Below are positions 24,352-33,781 of a DNA stretch of 64,000 nt, one piece after another. The notes under the pieces were generated by a model, which saw nothing but the letters and a program-made list of their open reading frames with translations, was not told the DNA's origin and searched no databases. This stretch comes from Thermodesulfobacteriaceae bacterium. Lineage in GTDB: Bacteria; Desulfobacterota; Thermodesulfobacteria; Thermodesulfobacteriales; Thermodesulfatatoraceae. The position numbers were made by a program, and so were the translations under genes. Each line of letters begins with the position of its first letter. Position 1 is the stretch's first letter. The DNA is taken from NCBI GenBank assembly GCA_015494065.1, contig WGCA01000025.1, positions 4,396-68,395 of the forward strand, read 5' to 3'.

Positions 24352-27300
24352 TTAAGCCGCTTCTTCACCGGCTTTTTCTTTTTCAAGTTCTTTTTCCACA
24401 AAGGCCCCGAAGGCTTCTATCTGCGCCAAAATGGCCTCATCTGTGAAACCACCCATGCTGATGGCCAACACCGGACAGTGGGAGGCACAGATACCACAAC
24501 CTTTACACGATGCAGTAATCGTCTGGGCCTTTTTGCGTTTACCTACCTTGACCATCTCTATCGCCCCAAAGGGGCAAAGCTCGGCGCAGATGCCGCAGCC
24601 GATGCACTTCTTCTGATCCACCCGGGAGACAATGGGCGCCACTTCCACAAACCCTTTGGCCAAGGGGATCGCGGCCTTGGCCGCCGCCGCCCGGGCCTGA
24701 GCCAAGGTCTCGTCCAAGGGCTTTGGACCGTGGGCCAGCCCGCAGACGTAAACCCCTTCCACCGGGAGCTCAACCGGCATGAGTTTCACGTGCGCCTCAA
24801 GGAAAAAGCCGTCTCCCGTAAGTGGAGCCTTGATAACCTTTGAAAGCTCTTCGTTTTCTCCAGGCGCAATCCCCACCGAAAGGACTAGAAGATCGGCGGG
24901 AATCAGGAGTTCCTCTCCGAGCAGGGCGTCGTAAACCTTAACAAACTGGGCCTTGCCCTTTTGTACTAACTCCGGCTTGGCTTCCGGTTTATAGCGCAGA
25001 AAAATGACCCCGGAGTTGCGCGCCTCCCGGTAGGCGTCTTCGGAAAAACCGTAGGTGCGCATATCACGAAAGAGGATATAGACGTCCTTTTTGGGATATC
25101 TCTTCTTAATACGCAGGGCGTTTTTTACCGCCTGCTGACAGCAGAGCTTGCTGCAATAGTTTAAGTCGTCTCCCCGGGAACCCACACACTGGATCATCAC
25201 CACGCTACGGGCCCGGGCAAGCTTTCCGGCCTTGCCCTTAAGCTCCGCCTCAAGATCAAGCTGGGTGATAACCCGCTCGTTGGCCCCGAGGCCATAACGG
25301 TCCGGCCGGTGCTCTCTTCCACCGGTAGCCAGAATCACCACCCCGTGGTTAATCACCTCCGAGCCCTCTTCCTTCCTCAAAGTGGAGGTGAAATTTCCTA
25401 CGTAACCCGAAACGTTTTCCACCGTGGTGCCAGTAAAGACCTTTATCCTGGGGTGCTCTTCCACCTTGGTGATCAGGTCCTTTAAGATTTTTTGTGGGTC
25501 TTCCCCGGAGAGAAGACCGGTGACCCGACGCAGGTTCCCCCCAAGCTCGGCCTCTTTTTCCACCAGATAGACCTCAAAGCCTTGCTCCGCCACCGAAAGG
25601 GCCGCCTGAAGCCCTGCCGCCCCTCCGCCAATTACCAGGGCCGAAGGGGTCACTGAAACCTTTTGGAGCTCAAGCGGGGTGAGCCGTTTGGCCTTGGCCA
25701 CCGCCATCCGTACTTGATCTTTGGCCTTCTGGGTGGCGGCTTCGGGATCCTCGGCGTGTACCCAGGCACACTGGTCCCGGATATTGGCCATCTCAATGAG
25801 GGCCGGGTTAAGCCCCGCCTCCCTCAAAGTCTCCTGAAAGAGGGGCTCATGGGTCCTGGGACTGCAGGCCGCGATCACCACGCGGTTAAGCCGATTTTCT
25901 TTTATCTTTTTGACCAGTTCGTTTAAGGTGTCCTGAGAACAGGAATATAAGACGTCTTCGGTATAGACCACTCCAGGCAGGGTCGCCGCGTAGCGGGCTA
26001 CCTCTTTGACATCCACCACGCCGGCAATATTCACCCCACAGTGACAGACAAAGACCCCGATCCTCGCTTCTTCCCTTTCAAGCTCTTCGTCTTCGGGCGG
26101 AAATTCCTTGTGGACCGCGTCTTGCCCCCTGACCTCGGCCAAAAGTTCCGAACATTTGGCCGCCACTCCTTGGGCTTGGACCACGCTTTCTGGAATATCC
26201 TTGGGCCCCTGGAAGGCTCCGGCCACAAAAATCCCGGGCACGTTGGTCTCAAGCGGGGTGGCCACTTTGGTCTGGGCAAAACCGTAGTGGTTAAGCTCAA
26301 CCCCCAGGCGTTTGGCGAGTTCTTCGGCCCCCGCCGGGGCGTCAAGCCCCACCGAAAGGACCACCATATCGTAAAAATCCCGGTGCGTTCTTCCGTCTTC
26401 GGTTACGTAAGTCAGGGCCAGCTTGCGCCCTACCTGATCCACCCTAGGCACCCGGGCGTAGATCGTCCGGAAACCATACTTTTCCACTGCCCGGTTAAAG
26501 GCCTCGTCAAAACCCTTGCCCTGAGTCCTGATATCCATGAAGAAAAGGTCTATCTCAGCCTCTGGTAGGTGCTCTTTCACCACCGAGGCCTCTTTCATGG
26601 CGTACATGCAGCAGACCGAAGAACAATAACCGTTGCCGCAAGTGACATCCCGGGAACCTACGCATTGGAGAAAGGCGATGCGTTGGGGATGAGTAAAATC
26701 AGAGGGCCTTAGCACTTCCCCTTCCGTAGGCCCAGAGGCACAGGTCATCCTTTCCAGCTCAAGGCTGGTAAGGACGTCCGGGTACTTGCCGTAGCCGTAT
26801 TTCTCCAAGACTTCCTCCGGCACCCGGCCAAAGCCCAAGGCCAAAACCACCGCCCCCACGTGAAGCTCCCTCTCTTCCGGCTGCTGATCAAAAAAGATGG
26901 CGTTTGGCCCGCACACGTTGGCGCAGAGCTGGCAGCTCTCATGCTGAAGCCTCAAGCACTCTTTTTCGTCAAGGTAGTAAACCGTAGGGACAGCCTGGGC
27001 GTAATCTATCCGGGCCGCCTTGGTGAAGGTGAGACGCTCGTTATACTCGTCCACCACCTCTTTAGGACAATAGGTCATGCACATCCCACAGGAAGTACAC
27101 TTGTTTGGGTCTACGTAACGGGGTTTGACGTGAATTTTGGCCTTGAAATTACCCGGCTTGCCGGATAACTCCTTGAGCTCGGCCAAGGTTATAATCTCAA
27201 TATTGGGAGACCGACCGGCCTCCACCAGCTTGGGGGCCAGGATTCAGATACTACAATCGTTAGTGGGAAAAGTCTTATCGAGCTGGGCCATCACGCCCCC

Positions 27301-27423
27301 GATGGAGGCCTTCTTCTCCACCAGGTAGACGTAATATCCCAGCGCCGCAAGATCTAGGGCCGCCTGAACCCCCGTAATGCCTCCTCCTAGGACGAGAACC
27401 TTACCACTCTTTTTGTTTGCCAT
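24352..27423 (-). CDS. hdrA: Selenocysteine-containing, tandem-duplicated heterodisulfide reductase subunit A-like flavoprotein (1023 aa including U60)
   Basis: Manual translation from the ATG at 27423 gives [26 protein letters not shown]...[29 protein letters not shown], which continues into track ORF 24352..27225 (3072 nt, in frame). A second FAD module starts at [18 protein letters not shown]. Inserted and C-terminal ferredoxin domains are present. Confidence 0.85.
27206..27223 (-). promoter_or_regulatory. SECIS-like hairpin downstream of the hdrA UGA
   Basis: Minus strand: UGA, 20 nt, then GGAGGCC-GGUC-GGUCUCC (7-bp stem including one G-U pair, GGUC tetraloop as in the E. coli fdhF SECIS apical loop). 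Confidence 0.5.
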
Positions 27424-27457
27424 TTAACACCTCTTCCCGAGATTTTGCGCCATTTTA

Positions 27458-27469
27458 TTGGAATTCCAA
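27458..27469. promoter_or_regulatory. Perfect 12-bp palindrome TTGGAATTCCAA between cooS and hdrA
   Basis: Read directly. It sits 35 nt upstream of the hdrA ATG and downstream of a GGGGCC-N4-GGCCCC hairpin (27480-27495). Confidence 0.3.
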
Positions 27470-27500
27470 CCGGAGTAAAGGGGCCCGAAGGCCCCTTCCC

Positions 27501-29546
27501 TTAAGCCGCTTCTTCCTCCTCTTCCACCCGCACGTGGGTGGGGCCAAAACAGCCAAGCCCGTGGAAGGGCGAAGTGACCTTGGGACTTTCAAGAGCCCGG
27601 CGCATGGCCATGTCAAAGAGGATTCGCGGCTTGGGCTTATCAATCCCCAGGTTTTTGCGCTTCTCATTGATGATATCAATCATCACTGAGGCAAAATCCT
27701 TGGCCGAACGGGCCACCAGCCAATGGGCCCCAAATATGTTCTTGAACTCGTGAAAGAGATAATCCGTGGCCACCTGGCTTTTTTCCGTGGGAAAATCAGG
27801 CCCAAAAACCACGCAAGCCCCACTGCCTACAAAGTAATTACCGATAGCTACCGCCTTCTCACTCATCCACTGCGGAGCACAACCGATAGCCGGAAGCTCG
27901 TCAATGTCCTCCCCCAATCCTCCGGTGTTGACCATTTCGGTAAGCGCGATCAGGATGCGGCTGTTGTCCACGCAGGAGCCCATATGTAGCACCGGCGGGC
28001 ACCCTACCGCCTCAAGGACTTCTCTCAGGCTATCACCGGCAAGACTTGCCGCCTCAGGGGAGAGGAGCCCGGCCCGGCCAAGGCCCGTGGCCGCACACCC
28101 CGTAGCCACTACCAGTACGTTGTTTGCAATGAGTTCTTTGGCCAGTTCTACGTGTACTTCGTCAAAGACCCGGAAGTTGTCACAACCCACGATGGCCGCC
28201 ACCCCTAGGATGCGCCCGTTGATAATATTTTCGTTCAAGGGCTTGTAAGAGGCCCGGAAACGTCCTCCAAGGATATAAAGGATGGTTTCGTGGCTGAAAC
28301 CCGCCACCACGTCCATCTTGCTCTTGGGGATATAAACCCGGCTTTTATCCCGCTTGGGGAAACGGGAAATGGCTTCCCGCAGGATCTTCTTGGCACTTTC
28401 CACCGGGTGGTGATGGTCGAAGGGGATGTGCATGGCCCCTTCGATTTCGGCCTTGTCACTCACGGTGATCACCGCGGTGTGGAAGGCCTTAGCCACCGTG
28501 GCCACGTTTTGCATAATACACTGCACGTCCACGATCATAGCCTCAACGGCCCCGGTAGCCAGGGCCATTTCCTGCTGGACAAAGCTTCCGGCGATAGGAA
28601 TCCCCCGGCGCATAAGGACTTCGTTTCCCGTGCAGCAGATGCCAGCGAGATTAACCCCCTTGGCCCCGACCTTCTGCGCCTCCTTGATGATCTCCGGATC
28701 CTGGGCCGCCATGGCCAGTGCCTCAGCCACCTCGGGCTCGTGGCCGTGCACGGTGACGTTTACCATATCTTCTTTAAGGACCCCCAGGTTCACCGTGGCC
28801 CTGATGGGCACCGGGGTCCCGAAGAGGATGTCCTGAAGCTCCGTGGCCAGCATGGAACCACCCCAGCCATCGGCAAGGGCCGTACGCACCGAAGCCTTCA
28901 GGAGACTGCGGTAGTCCTGATCCACCCCCACGGAGGTCCGGTGCAAAAGCTCAACCACTTCTCGATCCACCCCGCGGGGCACGACACCAAGCTCCCGCCA
29001 CTTCGCCTGCCGCTTCTCCGGCGCCCGCTTGATAAAGGCAAGCTCCCCGTGCTGCTGGCCGAACTGTTCAAGGGCCTTGACCGCCACTTCTTTGGCCAGT
29101 TCCTTGGTCTCCTTCTTGGGGTCGAGCCCGAAATAATAGGCTACTACCCGTAGCTTGTTTTCGTCTTTGATCTCGAAGTCCTCGGCGTTACCGTGGACCG
29201 TCTCGTAAAAGACCTCTGCGATACCCCGGCCGTGGTCTGAGTGGGCCGAAGAGCCAGCGGCTACCATCCGGCAGAAGTTTCGGGAAGCCACCGTAGCCGC
29301 TGTGGCCCCACAGACCCCGCGCATCTCCTCCACCCCTTCGATGATCTGACAGGGGCCCATGTTACAGACGTGACAGCAGGTACCCCCTTTACCAAATAGG
29401 CAGGGCTTCGTGCCGCGTTTAAAAACCCGTTCCGGCGCCGTGAGCACCTTGCCCTGGATCTGCTCAAGCATTTCCTGGTTGACGGCGCACTGCACCGTAC
29501 ACGAAGGTTTACGCCCCTTAAACCTGGCCCTGGGATCCATCGCCAT
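27501..29546 (-). CDS. cooS: Anaerobic Ni-Fe carbon monoxide dehydrogenase catalytic subunit
   Basis: 681 aa: CLFGKGGTCCHVCNMGPCQI, GVCGATAATVASRNF, SAHSDHGR, GSCVDNSR. In the acs context it is equivalent to AcsA. Confidence 0.93.
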   Translation of the reverse strand: MAMDPRARFKGRKPSCTVQCAVNQEMLEQIQGKVLTAPERVFKRGTKPCLFGKGGTCCHVCNMGPCQIIEGVEEMRGVCGATAATVASRNFCRMVAAGSSAHSDHGRGIAEVFYETVHGNAEDFEIKDENKLRVVAYYFGLDPKKETKELAKEVAVKALEQFGQQHGELAFIKRAPEKRQAKWRELGVVPRGVDREVVELLHRTSVGVDQDYRSLLKASVRTALADGWGGSMLATELQDILFGTPVPIRATVNLGVLKEDMVNVTVHGHEPEVAEALAMAAQDPEIIKEAQKVGAKGVNLAGICCTGNEVLMRRGIPIAGSFVQQEMALATGAVEAMIVDVQCIMQNVATVAKAFHTAVITVSDKAEIEGAMHIPFDHHHPVESAKKILREAISRFPKRDKSRVYIPKSKMDVVAGFSHETILYILGGRFRASYKPLNENIINGRILGVAAIVGCDNFRVFDEVHVELAKELIANNVLVVATGCAATGLGRAGLLSPEAASLAGDSLREVLEAVGCPPVLHMGSCVDNSRILIALTEMVNTGGLGEDIDELPAIGCAPQWMSEKAVAIGNYFVGSGACVVFGPDFPTEKSQVATDYLFHEFKNIFGAHWLVARSAKDFASVMIDIINEKRKNLGIDKPKPRILFDMAMRRALESPKVTSPFHGLGCFGPTHVRVEEEEEAA

Positions 29547-29560
29547 GAAAGAGCCTCCTA

Positions 29561-29577
29561 TTTAGAATTTTTCTAAA
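29561..29577. promoter_or_regulatory. 17-bp inverted repeat TTTAGAATTTTTCTAAA (candidate operator, copy 2)
   Basis: Arms TTTAGAA/TTCTAAA. Lies 2 nt from the cooS RBS (AGGAGG at 29554-29559, minus strand). 16 of 17 positions match 9940-9956. Confidence 0.5.
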
Positions 29578-29607
29578 CAAAACACGAAAACGGCCTCCTA
29601 GCAAGAG

Positions 29608-30510
29608 CTAACCCACTTCAGAAGGAAGCCCCGCCCACAACTTGGCCGCTTCCACGGTATTTTTCATCAACATGGTGATGGTCATTGGCCCCACTCCTCC
29701 AGGAACAGGGGTTATGGCCGCTGCCTTTTCCTTTACCGAATCGAAATCTACGTCACCACAAAGGATGGCCTTCCCTTCAGGGGTGGTCCCGATGCGGTTG
29801 ACCCCAACGTCAATCACCACCACCCCTTCCTTGACCATATCCCCGGTGACCACCTTGGGTTTACCTGCGGCCACGATCAAAATATCTGCCCGTTTGGTGT
29901 GGAAGGTCATGTCTTTGGTCCCCGTGTGGCAAACCGTTACGGTAGCGTTGCCCACCGGCTTGCGCTTCTGCATAAGGAGGATGGCTACGGGCTTCCCTAC
30001 GATGTTACTCCGGCCTATCACCACCACCTCTGCGCCCGAGACTTCCACCCCGGCCCGGGCCAGCATCACAAGGATGCCGTGGGGGGTACAGGGGAGGAAA
30101 CAGGGCTCCCCGATCACCATCTTGCCTACGTTTACCGGATGAAACCCGTCTACGTCCTTGCGCGGGTCAATGGCGTGGATGACCTTTCTTTCGTCGATGT
30201 GTTTGGGAAGGGGAAGCTGCACCAGAATGCCGTGGATACTGGGGTCCTGGTTATATTTATCAATCATCTTGAGGAGCTCTTCTTCGGACACATCTTCGGG
30301 TAAATTCTCCTGGACGGAATGGAAACCTAGATCGTGGGCGGTACGCTGCTTAGCCGTAACGTAAGAGACCGAAGCCGGATTCTCCCCCACCAGGATGGTT
30401 ACCAAACCCGGGGTAACACCGTGTTTTTCCTTCAACTCTTTAACTTCCTTTTTGAGTTCTTCCCTTATCTCAGCTGAAATCTCTTTCCCACTTATAATTT
30501 TGGCCGACAT
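29608..30510 (-). CDS. folD: Bifunctional methylene-THF dehydrogenase / methenyl-THF cyclohydrolase
   Basis: 300 aa: ILVGENPASVSYV, GILVQLPLP, DVDGFHP, VVIGRSNIVGKP, PVPGGVGPMT. Confidence 0.96.
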   Translation of the reverse strand: MSAKIISGKEISAEIREELKKEVKELKEKHGVTPGLVTILVGENPASVSYVTAKQRTAHDLGFHSVQENLPEDVSEEELLKMIDKYNQDPSIHGILVQLPLPKHIDERKVIHAIDPRKDVDGFHPVNVGKMVIGEPCFLPCTPHGILVMLARAGVEVSGAEVVVIGRSNIVGKPVAILLMQKRKPVGNATVTVCHTGTKDMTFHTKRADILIVAAGKPKVVTGDMVKEGVVVIDVGVNRIGTTPEGKAILCGDVDFDSVKEKAAAITPVPGGVGPMTITMLMKNTVEAAKLWAGLPSEVG

Positions 30511-30682
30511 CTTTGCCCTCCCTTAAAATTTCCTGGCGCCTTCTTAGCAAAAAATGTACCTTTAAAGAGTTCGGGGCTCGGTCCCCCTCCCCCCTTGTCT
30601 TTCCTGGTCTTCAGGCCGTTTAGGGCCTTTCTTTTAGCTTAGCCATGGGGCGCATCTCCCCACCCTTCGGGGAAAATTTCCC

Positions 30683-30708
30683 AAATAAAAAGGGGGCCAA
30701 GGCCCCCT
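30683..30708 (-). terminator. Rho-independent terminator after fhs
   Basis: Minus strand GGGGGC-CUUG-GCCCCC followed by UUUUUAUUU, starting about 7 nt after the fhs stop. Confidence 0.7.
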
Positions 30709-30714
30709 GTCTTT

Positions 30715-32478
30715 TTAGAAAAGACCTTTTACCTTGCCGGTCTCTGTATCCACGTCAATCCGGCGGTAGGCCGGATCAGAACCCGTACCGGGCATAAGGC
30801 TTATATCACCGGCCACAGGAACGATGAACCCGGAGCCCCGGTAGATAAGGACGTCACGCACCCTGAGCTGCCACCCTTTGGGCACCCCTTTAAGGGCCGG
30901 GTTGTCAGAGAGCGATAGATGGGTCTTTACCATACAGATGGGCATGCGTCGCAATTCTTCATCGGCTTCGATAAGTTTTATCTTGGCCTCAGCGTCGGGA
31001 AGATAAATGACCCCGTCGGCCCCGTAAACTTCCTTGGCGATCTTTTCGATCCGGCTCTTTACCGGTTCGTCCAAATCGTAGAGGAACCGGAACTGGCTGG
31101 GCTCGTTACAAGCGTCCATCACCGCGTCGGCAAGCTCAAGGGCCCCTTCGCCCCCTTTCAACCAGTGTTCAGAGACCGCGGCCCGCACGCCGTGTTCCTC
31201 ACAGATCTTCTTCACGAGCTCAATCTCGGCCTTGGTATCGGTGTAGAAGGCGTTGATGCAGACCACCGGGGTAACCCCGCTCTTTTTGACGATATTTACA
31301 CAGTGCATCAAATTCTCACAGCCCTTCTCCACCCATTCCAGGTTTTCTTCAAAGTACTCTTTCGGGATGGGCCGCCCGGGAAGAGGAATGGGAGCACCAC
31401 CGTGACACTTAAGGGCCCGGATGGTTGCCACCACCACCACACAATCCGGGGTGAGCCCGGAGAGACGGCATTTGATGTTCCAGAATTTTTCGTAGCCGAT
31501 GTCTGCGGCAAAGCCGGATTCAGTAACGTTGTAATCGGCCAGTTTTAGCCCCACGTAATCGGCGATGATGGAGGACTGGCCGATGGCGATGTTGGCAAAC
31601 GGACCGGCGTGGATGAGGACCGGTTGCCCTTCTATGGTCTGGATCATGTTCGGGTTGATGGCATCCACCATCCACGCGCACATGGCCCCGGCCACCTCAA
31701 GATCCTCGGTGGTGATGGGGTTACCGTACTTATCAAAGGCCACCACAATCTTGCCTATCCGTTCGCGAAAATCTTTGAGATCCCGGGCCACCGCCAAAAT
31801 GGCCATCACCTCTGAGGCCACCGCGATCCAGAACTTGCTCTCCATGGGATAACCGTCCTTTTTGCCCCCGAGCCCGATCACGATGTGCCGCAGGGCCTGG
31901 GCGCAAAAGTCTAGCACCCAGCCCATCTCAACCCGCTTGGGGTCGATATTAAGACGCTTTAAGCCCCTTTTAGCCAGTGTTTCATCGTCATAGTTGGCCT
32001 CGTGCTGCATCCGCGCCGTAAGGGCCACCATGGCCAGGTTGTGGGCGTTCATAATGGCGTTGATGTCTCCGGTAAGACCCAAGGAAAATTTATCAAGCGG
32101 AATGATCTGAGCCAGGCCACCTCCGGCGGCACTCCCTTTGATATTCATGGTTGGTCCACCGGAGGGCTGCCTCAACGCCCCGATAACCTTTTGCCCCCTC
32201 TTGCCCAGCCCTTCTATCAAACCTATGGCCGTGGTGGATTTCCCTTCTCCTAAAGGAGTGGGGGTAATGGCGGTCACGTCGATGTACTTACCGTTGGGAC
32301 GGTCTTTCAGCCTTTCGAGGACCTTTTTGTAATCGATTTTGGCTACGTAATGGCCGTAGGGCAGAAGTTCTTCTTTTTCTAAACCCAGTTCCTCTGCCAG
32401 TTGATAAACGGTCTTCATGTGCTTTTCGGCTTCCGCGGCGATCTCCCAATCTTTCATTTTGGTAGGATCAAGCTTCAT
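30715..32478 (-). CDS. fhs: Formate--tetrahydrofolate ligase
   Basis: 587 aa: [21 protein letters not shown] and overall FTHFS character. Confidence 0.96.
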   Translation of the reverse strand: MKLDPTKMKDWEIAAEAEKHMKTVYQLAEELGLEKEELLPYGHYVAKIDYKKVLERLKDRPNGKYIDVTAITPTPLGEGKSTTAIGLIEGLGKRGQKVIGALRQPSGGPTMNIKGSAAGGGLAQIIPLDKFSLGLTGDINAIMNAHNLAMVALTARMQHEANYDDETLAKRGLKRLNIDPKRVEMGWVLDFCAQALRHIVIGLGGKKDGYPMESKFWIAVASEVMAILAVARDLKDFRERIGKIVVAFDKYGNPITTEDLEVAGAMCAWMVDAINPNMIQTIEGQPVLIHAGPFANIAIGQSSIIADYVGLKLADYNVTESGFAADIGYEKFWNIKCRLSGLTPDCVVVVATIRALKCHGGAPIPLPGRPIPKEYFEENLEWVEKGCENLMHCVNIVKKSGVTPVVCINAFYTDTKAEIELVKKICEEHGVRAAVSEHWLKGGEGALELADAVMDACNEPSQFRFLYDLDEPVKSRIEKIAKEVYGADGVIYLPDAEAKIKLIEADEELRRMPICMVKTHLSLSDNPALKGVPKGWQLRVRDVLIYRGSGFIVPVAGDISLMPGTGSDPAYRRIDVDTETGKVKGLF

Positions 32479-32629
32479 AAGAACCCTCCTTTCCCCTGTT
32501 TAAGCTAACTTTTATAGCTTTTTAGACCCCGGCCAGGCAAGAGATTTATTCTCTTATTTGGGGGTATTTCGGTTTTTTAAGAGAAAATATTTCCCTTTCT
32601 GGCCCATACTTACAAAAGGTTCCACTCGA

Positions 32630-33781
32630 TCATGAGTTTTCAGCCAGGAAACGTCTGATTTCGGCCACCAAAGGGGCCAGCATTTCCTCTTCCATGGCCG
32701 CCGTAAGGGAGATCCTCAGACGAGCGGTCCCCGGGGGTACGGTAGGCGGCCGTATGGCCGGCGCAAAATAGCCTAACCCTTCCAAACGCCTGGCCAGCGA
32801 AAGGGCCTGCTCATCAGAGCCCACCACCACGGGAACAATAGGGGTATCGTCTGGAGAAAGGCCAAGTTTGGCACGCAGGGAACGAGAAAGACGTCTAAGT
32901 TTTTCTCTTTCCCATTTAAGCTCAGGCAAAAGGGTAAGGGCCCTTTTGGTTACGGCCAGCACAAAGGGCGGGAGGGCGGTGGTAAAGATGAACGATCGGG
33001 CCTTATTTATGAGGTAGTCTTTGAGGGTCTGGCTGGTAACCACGAAGGCCCCATAGCTTCCAAGCGCCTTTCCGCAGGTGCCAAGCAAAAGATCCACCTC
33101 ACTGAGTCTTTCCTCTTCCTCGCTGAGGCCAAGGCCCCTTTCCCCGAAGACCCCCAGGGCGTGGGCCTCATCCAGCAGGAGAAAGGCCTCATAGCGCTCT
33201 TTAAGTTCGCAGAGGGGGGCAAGCTGGGCCTTGTCGCCGTCCATACTGAAGACGGACTCAGAAATGATGAGGGCCCTCCGGTAGCGGAACCGGTGCTTTT
33301 TGAGCAGTTCTTCCAAGGCCTCGTAATTTAAGTGGGGGTAGCGAAAAAAGGCGGCCCCGGAAAGCCTTGCCCCGTCGATAATGCTGGCGTGGACCAGCTT
33401 GTCCGCAAAAATGACGTCTTTGCGGCCACAAAGGGCCGAAATTATCCCCAAATTGGCGGTATAACCGGAAGGAAAAATAAGAGCTGGGCGCTTGAAAAGG
33501 GCTGCCAGCAATTCTTCCACCTGCTCGTACCAGAAATGGTTTCCGGAAAGGAGTCTCGCCGCCCCGGCCCCGGTGGGCGCTGAGGCCAGTTCTGCCAGAA
33601 TTTCCTCAAGCCTGAGCCTGGTTGTTAGCCCCAGATAGTCGTTTGAAGAGAGGTTGAGCAGCCTGCGACCCCCGACGTAAACATAGGGGCCTTCTTTTTT
33701 TTCAATATTTTTTAGTTGCCTAAATCGCCCCTGCCTTTTTAGTTGGGCAAGCTCCTGGGTTAGCTCCGGCCAGTCTTTCAC
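32630..33781 (-). CDS. bioF: 8-amino-7-oxononanoate synthase
   Basis: PLP-dependent acyltransferase: NLSSNDYLGL, DEAHALG, GTCGKALG. The GTG at 33781 overlaps the bioA stop (GTGA). The track's longer start lies inside bioA. Confidence 0.85.
   Translation of the reverse strand: MKDWPELTQELAQLKRQGRFRQLKNIEKKEGPYVYVGGRRLLNLSSNDYLGLTTRLRLEEILAELASAPTGAGAARLLSGNHFWYEQVEELLAALFKRPALIFPSGYTANLGIISALCGRKDVIFADKLVHASIIDGARLSGAAFFRYPHLNYEALEELLKKHRFRYRRALIISESVFSMDGDKAQLAPLCELKERYEAFLLLDEAHALGVFGERGLGLSEEEERLSEVDLLLGTCGKALGSYGAFVVTSQTLKDYLINKARSFIFTTALPPFVLAVTKRALTLLPELKWEREKLRRLSRSLRAKLGLSPDDTPIVPVVVGSDEQALSLARRLEGLGYFAPAIRPPTVPPGTARLRISLTAAMEEEMLAPLVAEIRRFLAENS

Noticed and set aside
24352-24366. A 15-nt identical stretch, TTAAGCCGCTTCTTC, at the 3' ends of hdrA (24352-24366) and cooS (27501-27515). 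Both proteins end in ...EEAA.
   Set aside because: About one such 15-mer coincidence is expected by chance in 64 kb on two strands. It reflects similar acidic C-terminal codons. There is no extended repeat.
30511-30714. ZTP (pfl) or THF riboswitch upstream of folD, and likewise upstream of fhs (32479-32629).
   Set aside because: I could not find the conserved ZTP elements (ACUGGCG..., CCGCCUGGGC) or a THF-like core in either leader. I kept it only as an unclassified structured-leader observation.
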